The notes: generated from the sequence alone by a model not told the origin. Counted from the stretch's first letter, positions 17,620-26,236 are shown. The stretch: 41,002 nt of DNA from an uncultured Actinomycetota bacterium (GCA_964465225.1 CAYXJD010000002.1:1-41002), one strand, 5' to 3'. A program made the numbers and translations.

Positions 17620-19524
17620 TCAGTTCGCGTCGTCGCCGCCCTCGTCGGCTGCCTCGACGTCGCCGCCGCCGTCGTCCTCCGCAGCCTCGGCGTCATCCTC
17701 CGCCACCGCGGTGGCGGGACGCGGACGCGTCCCCCGCTCCACGATCCGCTTCTGCGGGACGTAGACGGTGGTGATGGTGCGCTGCTCGGTGCCGCCTCCC
17801 ACCAACTCGACGGTGCGGGTGACCGTGACGGTGAACCCGGTGCTCCCGCTCTGCAGCACGCGCTCCTGGTCCTCGAACAGCTCGGAGGTGGTGCGGACCT
17901 CGGTCTCGAAGCCACGTGGTCGGCTCCGGTCGCTGTGCCGCGCGGACACCGCACTGGCGCGCGGCTGCCCGTAGAGGCTCACCGTGACCGAGGTCGAGGT
18001 GTGCGATGTCTTGACCAGGACCGCGCCCTGGGTGTTGTTCGTGAACTTCACGTCGAGCACGGGGTAGCTGAGCGTGGCCTCGCGACCGATCGGGTAGCGG
18101 CTGATGTACCAGGAGTGGGCGCGCCACTGGTCGAGCTGCACCCCCGCGAAGAACGCGGCGTTGAAGGTGGTCGTGCCGAACTGCGAGGTGCCGCCGCCAC
18201 AGGTGTCGACGAGCTCGCCCTGCACGATCGTGCCAGCGGGCTGGTAACCCTTGTCACAGCTGCGCTCGCCCGAGATCTCGTTGATGGAGAACTGCTCGCC
18301 CGGGAGCACCAGCGCCCCGTCGATCACGTCGGCGAGCAGCTGGATGTTCTCTACCCGGATCTGACCGGCCCGGTAGTACGTGGTGAACGTGCCGATCAGA
18401 TGGCTCGGACGGAGCTCCTCGGCCCGCTCGGTGGGGAACTCGGCCTCCACCTCCGCGAGGCGGAGCTGCGCTTCGCGGTTGCCGGCACGTACCAGCTCGG
18501 TCAGCTGTGTGGCGGCGAGCTCGGGGTCGAAGGCACGCCCGGGTCGTCCGGGCTGCACCTGGACGGGGGCGTTGACGGGGCGGAAGGTCGCGTTCAGCTG
18601 GGCGTCGAAGGTGACGGGTGGCCTGCGGCTCGCCGAGTAGGACGCCGAGGTCGGGCTGATGTCGAACCGGGCGGCGCCGAGCTCGCCGATGAACTCCTCG
18701 ACACGATCGGAAGGGACCAGCAGTTCGAGCTCGATCTCGCCCGGGACGTCGCCGAGCTCCTCGATCTCCAGCAGCGCCGCCAGATCCGCGGGTGCCAGTT
18801 CGAGGCTGGCATCCTCGGCGCGCAGCACCAGCGGGGCGGCCAGTGCACGCTCGGCGTCCTCGACGGTCGAGACGATCTCCTGGTCGGCAATCGGCTGCTC
18901 GGTGGTGGCGGCGGGGAGCTCGAAGGTCTGCATCCCGGGAGCACGGATCGCGCTCGCCGCCAGCTGCACGGTGGTGGCGCGGTCGACCACCACCTCGCCC
19001 TGCGACATCGTGCGCCGTACCGCGACCTCCTCGGCGTCGATCGTCACGCCACCGCGGATCTCGGGCCGGTCGAGCTCGTCGGCGAGGTCGTCGACCCACG
19101 CCGTGAGTACATCGCGATCGGTGACCTCCACCAACTCGAACTCGGCTGGCTGCCGGAACGCGCGGAGGCGGGTGATGATGTCGCCTGGCAGGCCGGACCG
19201 ACCGCGCCCCAGGGCGCTCTCGGCGGTCGCCTCGACATCGATCCGGAAGCCCACGTCCCTGGGGACGAGGACGTGTTCCTCGCCTTCGAAGGTGAAGGTC
19301 ACCGTGTCGGTCTCGCGGGCTTCGACGGTCGTGGCGAGCGCATCTCGGACCTGCGTCTGCGTCATCCCCGACAGGTCGATGCCGGCGACGGAGGTGTTCG
19401 GCAGCACCTGACCGCGCTGGACGAACCACAGCGAACCGAGGGCGAGCACGACCACGAGCAGGACGGAGCCGACCGACCAGGCGACGATGGTCGCGCGGCG
19501 GGAGAGGGACGGACGACGTGCCAT
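17620..19524 (-). CDS. VanW family protein (YoaR-like), N-terminal membrane anchor
   Basis: Start taken at ATG 19524 (MARRPSLSRRATIVAWSVGSVLLVVVLALG = TM anchor). VanW core includes CGGGTSQFGTTTFNAAFFAG. Acidic C-terminal tail. The upstream part of track ORF 17620..20220 is Arg/Ser-rich and overlaps the M23 gene antisense. Confidence 0.85.
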   Translation of the reverse strand: MARRPSLSRRATIVAWSVGSVLLVVVLALGSLWFVQRGQVLPNTSVAGIDLSGMTQTQVRDALATTVEARETDTVTFTFEGEEHVLVPRDVGFRIDVEATAESALGRGRSGLPGDIITRLRAFRQPAEFELVEVTDRDVLTAWVDDLADELDRPEIRGGVTIDAEEVAVRRTMSQGEVVVDRATTVQLAASAIRAPGMQTFELPAATTEQPIADQEIVSTVEDAERALAAPLVLRAEDASLELAPADLAALLEIEELGDVPGEIELELLVPSDRVEEFIGELGAARFDISPTSASYSASRRPPVTFDAQLNATFRPVNAPVQVQPGRPGRAFDPELAATQLTELVRAGNREAQLRLAEVEAEFPTERAEELRPSHLIGTFTTYYRAGQIRVENIQLLADVIDGALVLPGEQFSINEISGERSCDKGYQPAGTIVQGELVDTCGGGTSQFGTTTFNAAFFAGVQLDQWRAHSWYISRYPIGREATLSYPVLDVKFTNNTQGAVLVKTSHTSTSVTVSLYGQPRASAVSARHSDRSRPRGFETEVRTTSELFEDQERVLQSGSTGFTVTVTRTVELVGGGTEQRTITTVYVPQKRIVERGTRPRPATAVAEDDAEAAEDDGGGDVEAADEGGDDAN

Positions 19525-19619
19525 GGAGCGGGACCCCCGAACGTGTGGCCCCGAGTGGTGGCCGACCGCGGAGGTTACCAACGGTCGACCCGGTCGCCGG
19601 GCCCGCACCGCAGTCCCAA

Positions 19620-19671
19620 GGGACCTGCTGACGGGACCTGCTGGCGGGACCTGCTGGCGGGATCTGCCCAA
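19620..19671. repeat. 13-bp direct repeat x4 in the divergent VanW/M23 promoter region
   Basis: Units are gggacctgctgac / gggacctgctggc / gggacctgctggc / gggatctgcccaa, flanked on both sides by ccaag. Confidence 0.85.
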
Positions 19672-19774
19672 GGGTGCTTTCCGGTAGAGTGCCGCCCTCC
19701 TGGCCATGGTCCGGTGTCGCCCGGGGACGGCGCCCGGTCCTCGATGGCGCGGATCACGCTCGCCGGAGGTCACC

Positions 19775-21034
19775 GTGCTGGATGCCGTCCGAGATCGCTC
19801 GCACCTGGTGGTGCGGTGGTCGTTGGCGGTCCTGCTCCTGGTGGCAACGGTGCTGGTTGCAGGGGTCGCAGGGGCGCAGACCTCCGCTGAGCAGGAACTG
19901 TCCTCGGCACGCGCGGCGCTGGAACGGATCCGCGCTGAGCTGCAGGATGCTGAGCGTGAGGTCGCCAGCCGCAGCGAGGAGCTCGCCGACGCCGAGGAGC
20001 GCCTGGCGGCGATCGAGCGCATCGTCAACGAGGTCGCCGCGCGGGTCGAACGCCAACGGGTCGCCGTGCGGGACGCCCAGCAACGCCTCGCCGAGGTCGA
20101 GGAGGAACGCTTCGTCCTCGAGCAGGCGTTCGCCGACCGGGTCGCGCACCGCTTCAAGCAGGGACCTGATCTCGCGTTCGAGGCGCTGCTGAGTGCGCAA
20201 GTGGCCGAGCAGGTCATCACCAGGACCGAACTGCTCGAGCGCGTCGTGTTGGGCGATCAGGTCGACCTCGAGCGCCTGGCGGCCGCGGAGACGGTGGTCG
20301 CGGCGCAGCGTGCGGTCGTCGTGGCCGAGCAGCGCCAGCTGGAGCAGCAACTGGCGGAACAGCAGGTGGTGCTGGCCGAGGCCGAGGACCTGCGGCGAAC
20401 GCGCGCGCTGGCGGCCGCTGACGCGCGGCAGCGGGCACAGGACCTCGCTGGCGAGCGCGACGATCTCGAGGACGAGGAGGAGCAGCTCGCCGCGCTGGTC
20501 CGTCAACAGCAGGAGGAAGCTCGCAGGGCGGCCGAAGCACGGCGCCAGGAGGAGGCGCGGCGCGCGGAGGCACGGCGTCAGCAAGAGGCACGAGCAGCGA
20601 GCACGCGACAGAGCTCGGCGAGCGCGTCCCCCGCGCCGGCGCCACGTGTCTCCAGCGGTGGCTACGCCTGGCCGATGTGCGCGCCGGTGACCTCCGAGTA
20701 CGGCCCGAGGTGGGGCCGGATGCACCGGGGCATCGACCTGGGTGCCCGGACGGGGACGCCGATCCGTTCGATCCAGGCCGGGACCGTCATCTTCGCCGGT
20801 TGGCAGGGTGGGTACGGGCGCATCACGCTCATCGACCACGGGAACGGGATGGTGTCGGCCTACGCGCACCAGAGCCGGTTCGCGGTCGGTCAGGGGACCG
20901 GGGTCGGTCGTGGCCAGGTGATCGGCTACGTCGGGTCGACCGGCAACAGCACCGGGCCACATCTCCACCTCGAGACGCGCGTCGGTGGTTCCGCGGTCAA
21001 CCCGCGGCAGTACCTGTCCGGGTCACCCTGCTGA
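19775..21034 (+). CDS. M23 family metallopeptidase with N-terminal signal/TM segment and long coiled-coil (EnvC/RipA-like architecture)
   Basis: GTG 19775 with GGAGG 5 nt upstream. N-terminus is a signal peptide (WSLAVLLLVATVLVAGVAGAQT). An E/A/R/Q-rich coiled coil follows, then M23 motifs HRGIDL and GPHLHLE. Confidence 0.88.
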   Translation: MLDAVRDRSHLVVRWSLAVLLLVATVLVAGVAGAQTSAEQELSSARAALERIRAELQDAEREVASRSEELADAEERLAAIERIVNEVAARVERQRVAVRDAQQRLAEVEEERFVLEQAFADRVAHRFKQGPDLAFEALLSAQVAEQVITRTELLERVVLGDQVDLERLAAAETVVAAQRAVVVAEQRQLEQQLAEQQVVLAEAEDLRRTRALAAADARQRAQDLAGERDDLEDEEEQLAALVRQQQEEARRAAEARRQEEARRAEARRQQEARAASTRQSSASASPAPAPRVSSGGYAWPMCAPVTSEYGPRWGRMHRGIDLGARTGTPIRSIQAGTVIFAGWQGGYGRITLIDHGNGMVSAYAHQSRFAVGQGTGVGRGQVIGYVGSTGNSTGPHLHLETRVGGSAVNPRQYLSGSPC

Positions 21035-21118
21035 GGGAGGTCGGCGGCCTCGCGCGCAGCGGTGCGCGGGCCGAGCAGCCCGGGCAGCCGTGCACGCGAG
21101 AACGTAGGCTGTCGCGTG

Positions 21119-21850
21119 ATGACGGACGGGCACGGTCGGTACGAGGAGCTGGCGGTCGGGCATGTGCTCGGCGGCCTGACTGCCAGGCAGTCCTCCGACT
21201 TCCGGTCCCACCTGCACACCTGTCCGCAGTGTCGGTCGCGGGTCGCCGAACTCCACGGCATCGCTGACGATCTCGCGGCGGCGGCCCGAGACGAGCGTGT
21301 GAGTACCCCGGTCCAGACCGAGGTCGCCCGGCGCGCCGAGCTCGAGCAGCAGCCGCCGCGGCCACCACGGATCGGCGTGGGCCACGTCACGGCCGCGGTC
21401 GTCGTGGTGCTGGCGCTGGCCACGGCCATGGCCTTCTGGAACCTGCACCTGCGGAACTCGGCCAGCACCTACCTCGGCGTCGCCGAGGCGCAGGGCGACG
21501 CACTGGCGCGGTTGGCGACCGGCGCTGAGCTCAGCCCGTCCCTCGCCGCCGGGATCCAGGGTCGGGTGGTGACCGACGGAGCGACGGTGACCCTCACCCT
21601 GGCGGGGGTGGAGCCGCTCGACGAGGGGGAACGGCTGGTCGCGTGGTTCGACGGTGCGCCTGATCCCACGACGACGCCACCCCGCGTGCTGGCCGGGCCC
21701 GGTGAGCTCAGCGACGGCACCATCGCGACCTCGCTTGAGGTCGGCGAGGCGACCGGGTTGCAGGTGACCCGGGAGACCGGGCTCAGCCAGAGCGAACCGC
21801 AGGGACCGATGGTCGTCGCGGTCGCCCTGGTCGTGGCGCGAGGTGGCTGA
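21119..21850 (+). CDS. zf-HC2 anti-sigma factor (RskA-like, single TM)
   Basis: HLHTCPQC (H-x3-C-x2-C) lies near the N-terminus. Central TM is VTAAVVVVLALATAMAFW, followed by an extracytoplasmic domain. Start is ATG 21119 (or GTG 21116). Confidence 0.75.
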   Translation: MTDGHGRYEELAVGHVLGGLTARQSSDFRSHLHTCPQCRSRVAELHGIADDLAAAARDERVSTPVQTEVARRAELEQQPPRPPRIGVGHVTAAVVVVLALATAMAFWNLHLRNSASTYLGVAEAQGDALARLATGAELSPSLAAGIQGRVVTDGATVTLTLAGVEPLDEGERLVAWFDGAPDPTTTPPRVLAGPGELSDGTIATSLEVGEATGLQVTRETGLSQSEPQGPMVVAVALVVARGG

Positions 21851-21862
21851 CCGCCACCCGTG

Positions 21863-22528
21863 TCACTCCCGGTCCTCCGGGTCCTCGTCGAAGTAGTCCA
21901 GTCGGTCGAGCGGCATCACGACGGCAGAGAGCACGTTGGTCAGGTGGGCGACGATCCGCTTGACGTAGCGGGCAGCGAGCGCCCGGCCAACGGCGTGGGG
22001 CCGATCGTCCTCACCGCGGACGATGGACGAGACCAGGTCATCGAACCCGTCGAGGAGTTCGTCTCCGCGGACGAGCAGTTCCCGTGCCCTGGCGTCGTCG
22101 CGGGCGCCGAAGATCTCGGCGGTGTCGGTGATCATCTGTGCGACCTCGGTGTGCAGCTCGGACCAGGCGGAGAAGCCGGAGAGATCGACACCGTCGCGGG
22201 CGAGGTCACGCAGGTTCTTCCCGTAGTCACCGATGCGCTCGATGTCCTTGACGATCGACATGTAAACGAGGATCGCCGGGGTGTCGATGGCACCGACGAC
22301 GCTGGCGTGCACGATCAGGTCGCGTCGGATCTCGCGCTCGCCCTCGTTCACCCGCTGGTCGGTCGCCTTGATCTCGCGCTTGACCCCCTTCCAGTCCACG
22401 CCAGCCACCAGGGTGGACATCGCCAGGTCGAACACGATCCGGTCGTCGGTGAGCATCCGTTGGATGGTCGCCTCGATGGTCTCGAGCCGATCGTCAGCGG
22501 AGGTACTGCGCTTGAAGCCGAACGCCAT
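21863..22528 (-). CDS. PhoU-like domain protein (DUF47/PhoU family) partnered with the Na/Pi cotransporter
   Basis: 221-aa helical protein with duplicated PhoU-like repeats (..VKDIERIGDYGKNL.. / ..YVKRIVAHLTNV..). It begins 18 nt downstream of the Na/Pi cotransporter gene on the same strand. Confidence 0.7.
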   Translation of the reverse strand: MAFGFKRSTSADDRLETIEATIQRMLTDDRIVFDLAMSTLVAGVDWKGVKREIKATDQRVNEGEREIRRDLIVHASVVGAIDTPAILVYMSIVKDIERIGDYGKNLRDLARDGVDLSGFSAWSELHTEVAQMITDTAEIFGARDDARARELLVRGDELLDGFDDLVSSIVRGEDDRPHAVGRALAARYVKRIVAHLTNVLSAVVMPLDRLDYFDEDPEDRE

Positions 22529-22546
22529 GGTGTCGCTCCGTGTGGA

Positions 22547-23692
22547 TCAGTTGAGCAGGAAGACCCCGGCAAGGGGGAGCAGGACGAAGAGTCCGATGAC
22601 GTAGACGGCGATCAACCAGGGACGCCGGGTGGCTATCGCCGCCAGATGTTCGGCGGCGATCACGGGCCACAGGCGGATCCGCTGTACCGGGTAGAACGCG
22701 GCGATCGCGGTCACGTTGAACAGGGTATGGACCAGCGCGATCGTCAGACCCTCGGGTCTGAGGACCGCCAGTGACGCCAGGAGTCCGGTGATGGTCGTCC
22801 CGATGTTGGCGCCGAGGGTGATGGGATAGGCGTTGGGCAGCGTCAGGACGCCTGCGGCGACCAGTGGCACCAGGATCGAGGTGGTGATCGTCGAGGATTG
22901 GACAGCCACGGTCACCAGCAGACCGACCACCAGTCCGATCGCGCCACCGCCGGTACCGACGACCCGGTTCATCGCGCGTTCCACACTGCCGGCGACCAGC
23001 TGACGCATGTTCCTGGTGATCAACCCCAGCGCAGCGAAGATCAACGCGAGGCCCAGGGCGAGCAGGAGGAGCGCCGCGGTCGCTCCGCCGATCGGATCGC
23101 CGTCGAACAGCCCGGCGATCGCGTCGACGGGGAGCTTGACCGCCGAGCGGATCGGGCTCCGGCCGACCTCGGAGACCTCGGTGCCGCGAAGCAGTTCGGT
23201 CAGCCAGAGCGCGATCTGGGTGAGGAAGCCCGTGAGCAGTTCGAGCGGGAGCAGGATCGCCACGGCCAGCAGGTTGAAGACGTCGTGCATCGTGGCTGCT
23301 GCGAACCCGAGCTCGAACTCCTTCGGCCGGCGGATGTTGCCGATCGCTGCGAGCGTGTTGGTGACGGTCGTGCCGATGTTGGCCCCCATCACCATCGGCA
23401 CCGCCAGGTCCACCGGCACCGTGCCGGCACCCACCAACGCCACGATCGTCGCCGTGGAGACCGACGAGGACTGCACCAGGACCGTGAACAGCACGCCCGC
23501 GAACAGGCCTGAGATCGGGTTGGCGACCTGGTCGAGCAGTCCGGTGGTGAAGCCCTCGCCGAGCGCGGAGATCCCCTCTTCGAGCAGACCGACCCCGACC
23601 AGGAAGGCGTAGAGCAGCGCGACGACGAGGAGCGCTCTGAGCGGTGGCGGGACGACACGATCAGGACGCACCGAGGGGTTCGCTGGGTCCAC
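22547..23692 (-). CDS. Na+/phosphate cotransporter family protein (NptA/YjbB N-terminal-type)
   Basis: Polytopic membrane protein with two Na_Pi_cotrans repeats (GANIGTTVTN.. and GANIGTTITG..). The track start is ATG 23770, which has no SD. In-frame GTG 23692 has GGGAG 6 nt upstream and is preferred. Either start is possible. Confidence 0.85.
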   Translation of the reverse strand: MDPANPSVRPDRVVPPPLRALLVVALLYAFLVGVGLLEEGISALGEGFTTGLLDQVANPISGLFAGVLFTVLVQSSSVSTATIVALVGAGTVPVDLAVPMVMGANIGTTVTNTLAAIGNIRRPKEFELGFAAATMHDVFNLLAVAILLPLELLTGFLTQIALWLTELLRGTEVSEVGRSPIRSAVKLPVDAIAGLFDGDPIGGATAALLLLALGLALIFAALGLITRNMRQLVAGSVERAMNRVVGTGGGAIGLVVGLLVTVAVQSSTITTSILVPLVAAGVLTLPNAYPITLGANIGTTITGLLASLAVLRPEGLTIALVHTLFNVTAIAAFYPVQRIRLWPVIAAEHLAAIATRRPWLIAVYVIGLFVLLPLAGVFLLN

Positions 23693-23837
23693 GTGCTGCT
23701 CCCGTGATCGAGCCGGTGCTGCGGGAGCTTCGCAGGCCGGTCGTTCACCTGCAAAGCCGCTCGCACTCATCGGCTGGACGCGGTCGCGTCACGTCTGGTT
23801 CACCTTCCCGTCACGCGGTAGCGCACCGACACCGACA

Positions 23838-23874
23838 GGTGAGGGGCGCGACCGTCGCGGTCGCGCCCCTCACC
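23838..23874. terminator. perfect 16-bp stem / 5-nt loop hairpin (terminator- or attenuator-like)
   Basis: ggtgaggggcgcgacc gtcgc ggtcgcgcccctcacc. It lies in non-coding DNA upstream of the Na/Pi-phoU-like operon. No U-tract on either strand. Confidence 0.5.
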
Positions 23875-24178
23875 GTCGTTGCTGGATGGAACCTCTGGCA
23901 CCGTCACTGCCGGGTGGTCAGGATCTTCTCGCGAGCCTGCCACCGGTGGCGTGGCGTCGAGCGGGACGAGTTCCCGACCGATGCCGTTGGCGGTACCCGA
24001 CTGGGATTCGCTGGAGCGGTCCAGCGCCAGCCTCAGCGGCCGGGTACCTCCAGGGTCCCGTGTTGATGACTGCTACTCAATGGACCACCTCCTTCCTCTG
24101 GTGCCCGGTAGGGAACCACAGGCATGGCGGGGGCGCCAGCCCCGGCATGACGGACAGCGGCGCCTGCGAGGGTCCCTG

Positions 24179-24208
24179 TTGGCCCCTGGGAGGCTGCGGC
24201 GCTACGTT
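24179..24208 (+). promoter_or_regulatory. putative sigma-A-type promoter for tRNA-Val
   Basis: TTGGCC (24179-24184), 18-bp spacer, TACGTT (24203-24208, fits TAnnnT). The -10 ends 12 nt upstream of the mature tRNA 5' end. Confidence 0.35.
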
Positions 24209-24220
24209 GCGCCGTCTCCC

Positions 24221-24292
24221 GGGCACGTAGCTCAGTGGGAGAGCGCTGCCTTCACACGGCAGAGGTCAGAGGTTCGATACCTCTCGTGCCCA
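24221..24292 (+). tRNA. tRNA-Val (anticodon CAC)
   Basis: Folded by hand into a cloverleaf: acceptor GGGCACG/CGTGCCC, D-arm GCTC-AGTGGGA-GAGC, anticodon stem CTGCC/GGCAG with loop TTCACAC, T-arm AGAGG-TTCGATA-CCTCT, discriminator A. CCA is not encoded. Confidence 0.93.
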
Positions 24293-24623
24293 CCGCACCA
24301 TCACCGCAGGTCAGTCCGATGACCAGTTCAGCCACGGCTCCCGTTGCCAGGTGGGGACAGGCCCGCCGGACCGCTACTCGGTGAGCGGGTCGGCGATGCC
24401 GTCGAGACCGCCGCCGTCGAGCAGGCGGTCGCGGCGGCTGAGGCGGTCGTGGACGTGACGGGCCCGGTGCGCGGTGGTCCGGAACGCCTGCGCAGCAAGA
24501 TCACGGCGAACCTGCTGCCGACGATGGAACGGCACCGCCTGTCACGGCTGGCGTTCCTCACCGGGCCCCGGCCGCGACGTCGCCAGCGAGCTGGTCGCCC
24601 TGGGTCTCCAGAGGCCGGTGGGC

Positions 24624-24914
24624 CTACGGCCGGGCGCGGCGCACCACGAACGAGGCGACGAGCGTCACCACGATCGCGCCGATGACGGCCCCGATGATGC
24701 CGCCCCAGTCGAACTTGTCCGCATCGCCGATGCCGAGCAGGGTCGTGAAGAACCAGTAGCCGACCAGCGCCCCGGCGACGCCGAGGCCGAGGGACAGCGC
24801 CCACGACTTCGGGCCGGACATCTTGTTGAACGCATCGTTGGGCGTCAACACCCGGGCCAGTGCTCCGGCGACGAACCCCAACGGGATGATGGCGATGAGG
24901 GAGCCGATGTCCAT
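24624..24914 (-). CDS. GlsB/YeaQ/YmgE family stress-response membrane protein (transglycosylase-associated)
   Basis: 96-aa, three-TM, glycine-zipper-rich protein (MDIGSLIAIIPLGFVAGALAR.., GLGVAGALVGYWFF.., GGIIGAVIGAIVV). ATG 24914 is preceded by AGGAGA. The longer track ORF (to 25091) adds a non-conserved, Arg/His-rich extension. Confidence 0.8.
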   Translation of the reverse strand: MDIGSLIAIIPLGFVAGALARVLTPNDAFNKMSGPKSWALSLGLGVAGALVGYWFFTTLLGIGDADKFDWGGIIGAVIGAIVVTLVASFVVRRARP

Positions 24915-25354
24915 GGCCTGGGTTCTCCTGCGTGCTGGGCGGCGATGCGCCCTCGGCAGATGCGGGCGGATCGCCGTCAGGCTACGACGGGTGGCGTGCC
25001 GGTCCTCACCCACGATGGGTGAACCGCTGCACCGCGCGAGCATCGCGGTGCCGGCCACCACGGGACGATGGCCGGCGTGGTGCTCGGTCACCGCCCGAGC
25101 TCAGCCGTGCTGCCGCCGGTGGCCAGAAGCTGCGTCGCCATGGCCGTTCGGCCGGGAGCAGGGCCGGCCACCGCATCGTTAGGCTCCGACCTACGACGCC
25201 GTTCCCCTCCGTCGCGCTCCCGGTCGGGCCGAGGACCCGGTGCCTTCGTAGCGACCGTCCGGCCACCGCCAGCAGACGTGGCTCGGGGCTCGGGCCCGCG
25301 GGATCGACCTGGCCGGTCGCTCCATCTGGTGTGACCGACCGGAAGGGCGATGAC

Positions 25355-26149
25355 ATGCCCGAACTACCCGACGTGGAGAAGCATCGGCGCACGGTCGCCG
25401 AACACGCCCAGGGGCGCACGGTGGAGCGGATCGAGGTCAACGACCCCGAGCTGCTCCATGGCACGACCGCCCAGGGGTTGGGTCGTTCCCTCGTCGGCCG
25501 GACCGTCGCCGAGCCCCGACGGCATGGCAAGTGGCTGCTGGTGCCCTTCGATACAGATGGTCCGACCCTGCTCTACCACTTCCGGATGACCGGTGAGTTG
25601 GTGTGGGTCACCGACCCCACTGCCGACGCTGCTGGTGGCGCGGTCACCCTCGACCTCGGCAACGGACAGCTCGTCTACCGCAGTCGGCGGCGCCTGGGCG
25701 GCGTGTCGTACCTGCGCGCCGGTCAGGAGCCGCAAGAGGTGACCGGCGAGCTCGGTCCGGACGCCACGACCCTGGACCGGGAGCAGCTCGGGGCGTTGCT
25801 GGCGGGTCGCCGCGGTGGGTTGAAGTCCGCGCTGCTCGACCAGTCACTGATCGCCGGGCTGGGCAACGAGCTCGTGGACGAGATCCTGTGGCGTAGCCGA
25901 CTCCACCCACGTCGAGCTGCAGCCGGCCTCGGCCAGCAGGAGCTCGACACCTGCCACGAACAGCTGCAGGACGTCCTGCGCCGTTCGATCCGCGCCGGCC
26001 ACGTTCCGGCCGCTGCCGACTGGCTCACCGGGCAGCGAGACGCGGATGATCCTCGCTGTCCACGGTGCCAAGCGCAGCTGGAGACCGACCAGGTCGGTGG
26101 TCGCACGACGCTCTGGTGCCCACAGGAGCAGCCTGCACGGCAGGCGTGA
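25355..26149 (+). CDS. Fpg/Nei family DNA glycosylase
   Basis: Starts MPELPDVE (catalytic Pro2/Glu3 motif). H2TH region is LLDQSLIAGLGNELVDEILWRSRLHP. C-terminal zinc-finger-like segment is CPRC-x16-CPQE. ATG 25355 has GGAAGGG upstream. Confidence 0.85.
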   Translation: MPELPDVEKHRRTVAEHAQGRTVERIEVNDPELLHGTTAQGLGRSLVGRTVAEPRRHGKWLLVPFDTDGPTLLYHFRMTGELVWVTDPTADAAGGAVTLDLGNGQLVYRSRRRLGGVSYLRAGQEPQEVTGELGPDATTLDREQLGALLAGRRGGLKSALLDQSLIAGLGNELVDEILWRSRLHPRRAAAGLGQQELDTCHEQLQDVLRRSIRAGHVPAAADWLTGQRDADDPRCPRCQAQLETDQVGGRTTLWCPQEQPARQA

Positions 26150-26236
26150 CCAGGACCTGTCCGAGTGGCGGGAGCGCAGGCGACGGACGGCAGTACGTTC
26201 GAAACGTTCCTGTGTTTCGCTACGAGGACGCCCGTG

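Noticed and set aside
17149-19890. 913-aa plus-strand ORF
   Set aside because: Antisense to the well-supported VanW-like gene and overlapping the HIRAN gene in another frame. Low-complexity G/R/D/L composition with no recognisable motifs.
23886-24230. 114-aa plus-strand ORF (and its internal 54-aa Cys-containing ATG version, MTATQWTTSFLWCPVG..), considered as a possible small or RiPP-like peptide gene
   Set aside because: It runs into the tRNA-Val gene (stop inside the tRNA), uses atypical codons at the start, has no SD, and has no nearby modification enzymes.
24344-24685. 113-aa plus-strand ORF just downstream of tRNA-Val. The first ~65 codons have a coding-like composition (LLGERVGDAVETAAVEQAVAAAEAVVDVTGP..)
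   Set aside because: It has only a TTG start with no SD. Its C-terminal half is Arg-rich and overlaps the GlsB gene antisense, and I recognise no family. It may be a gene remnant, but there is not enough support to call it. I also looked for an integrase or a duplicated tRNA 3' end (att site) after the tRNA and found none.
26170-26236. Slightly AT-richer segment with short inverted repeats (GAAAC..GTTTC) upstream of the copper ATPase, considered as a CsoR/CopY-type operator
   Set aside because: The symmetry is short and imperfect, and it does not match operator consensus sequences I can recall. Probably just the promoter region.
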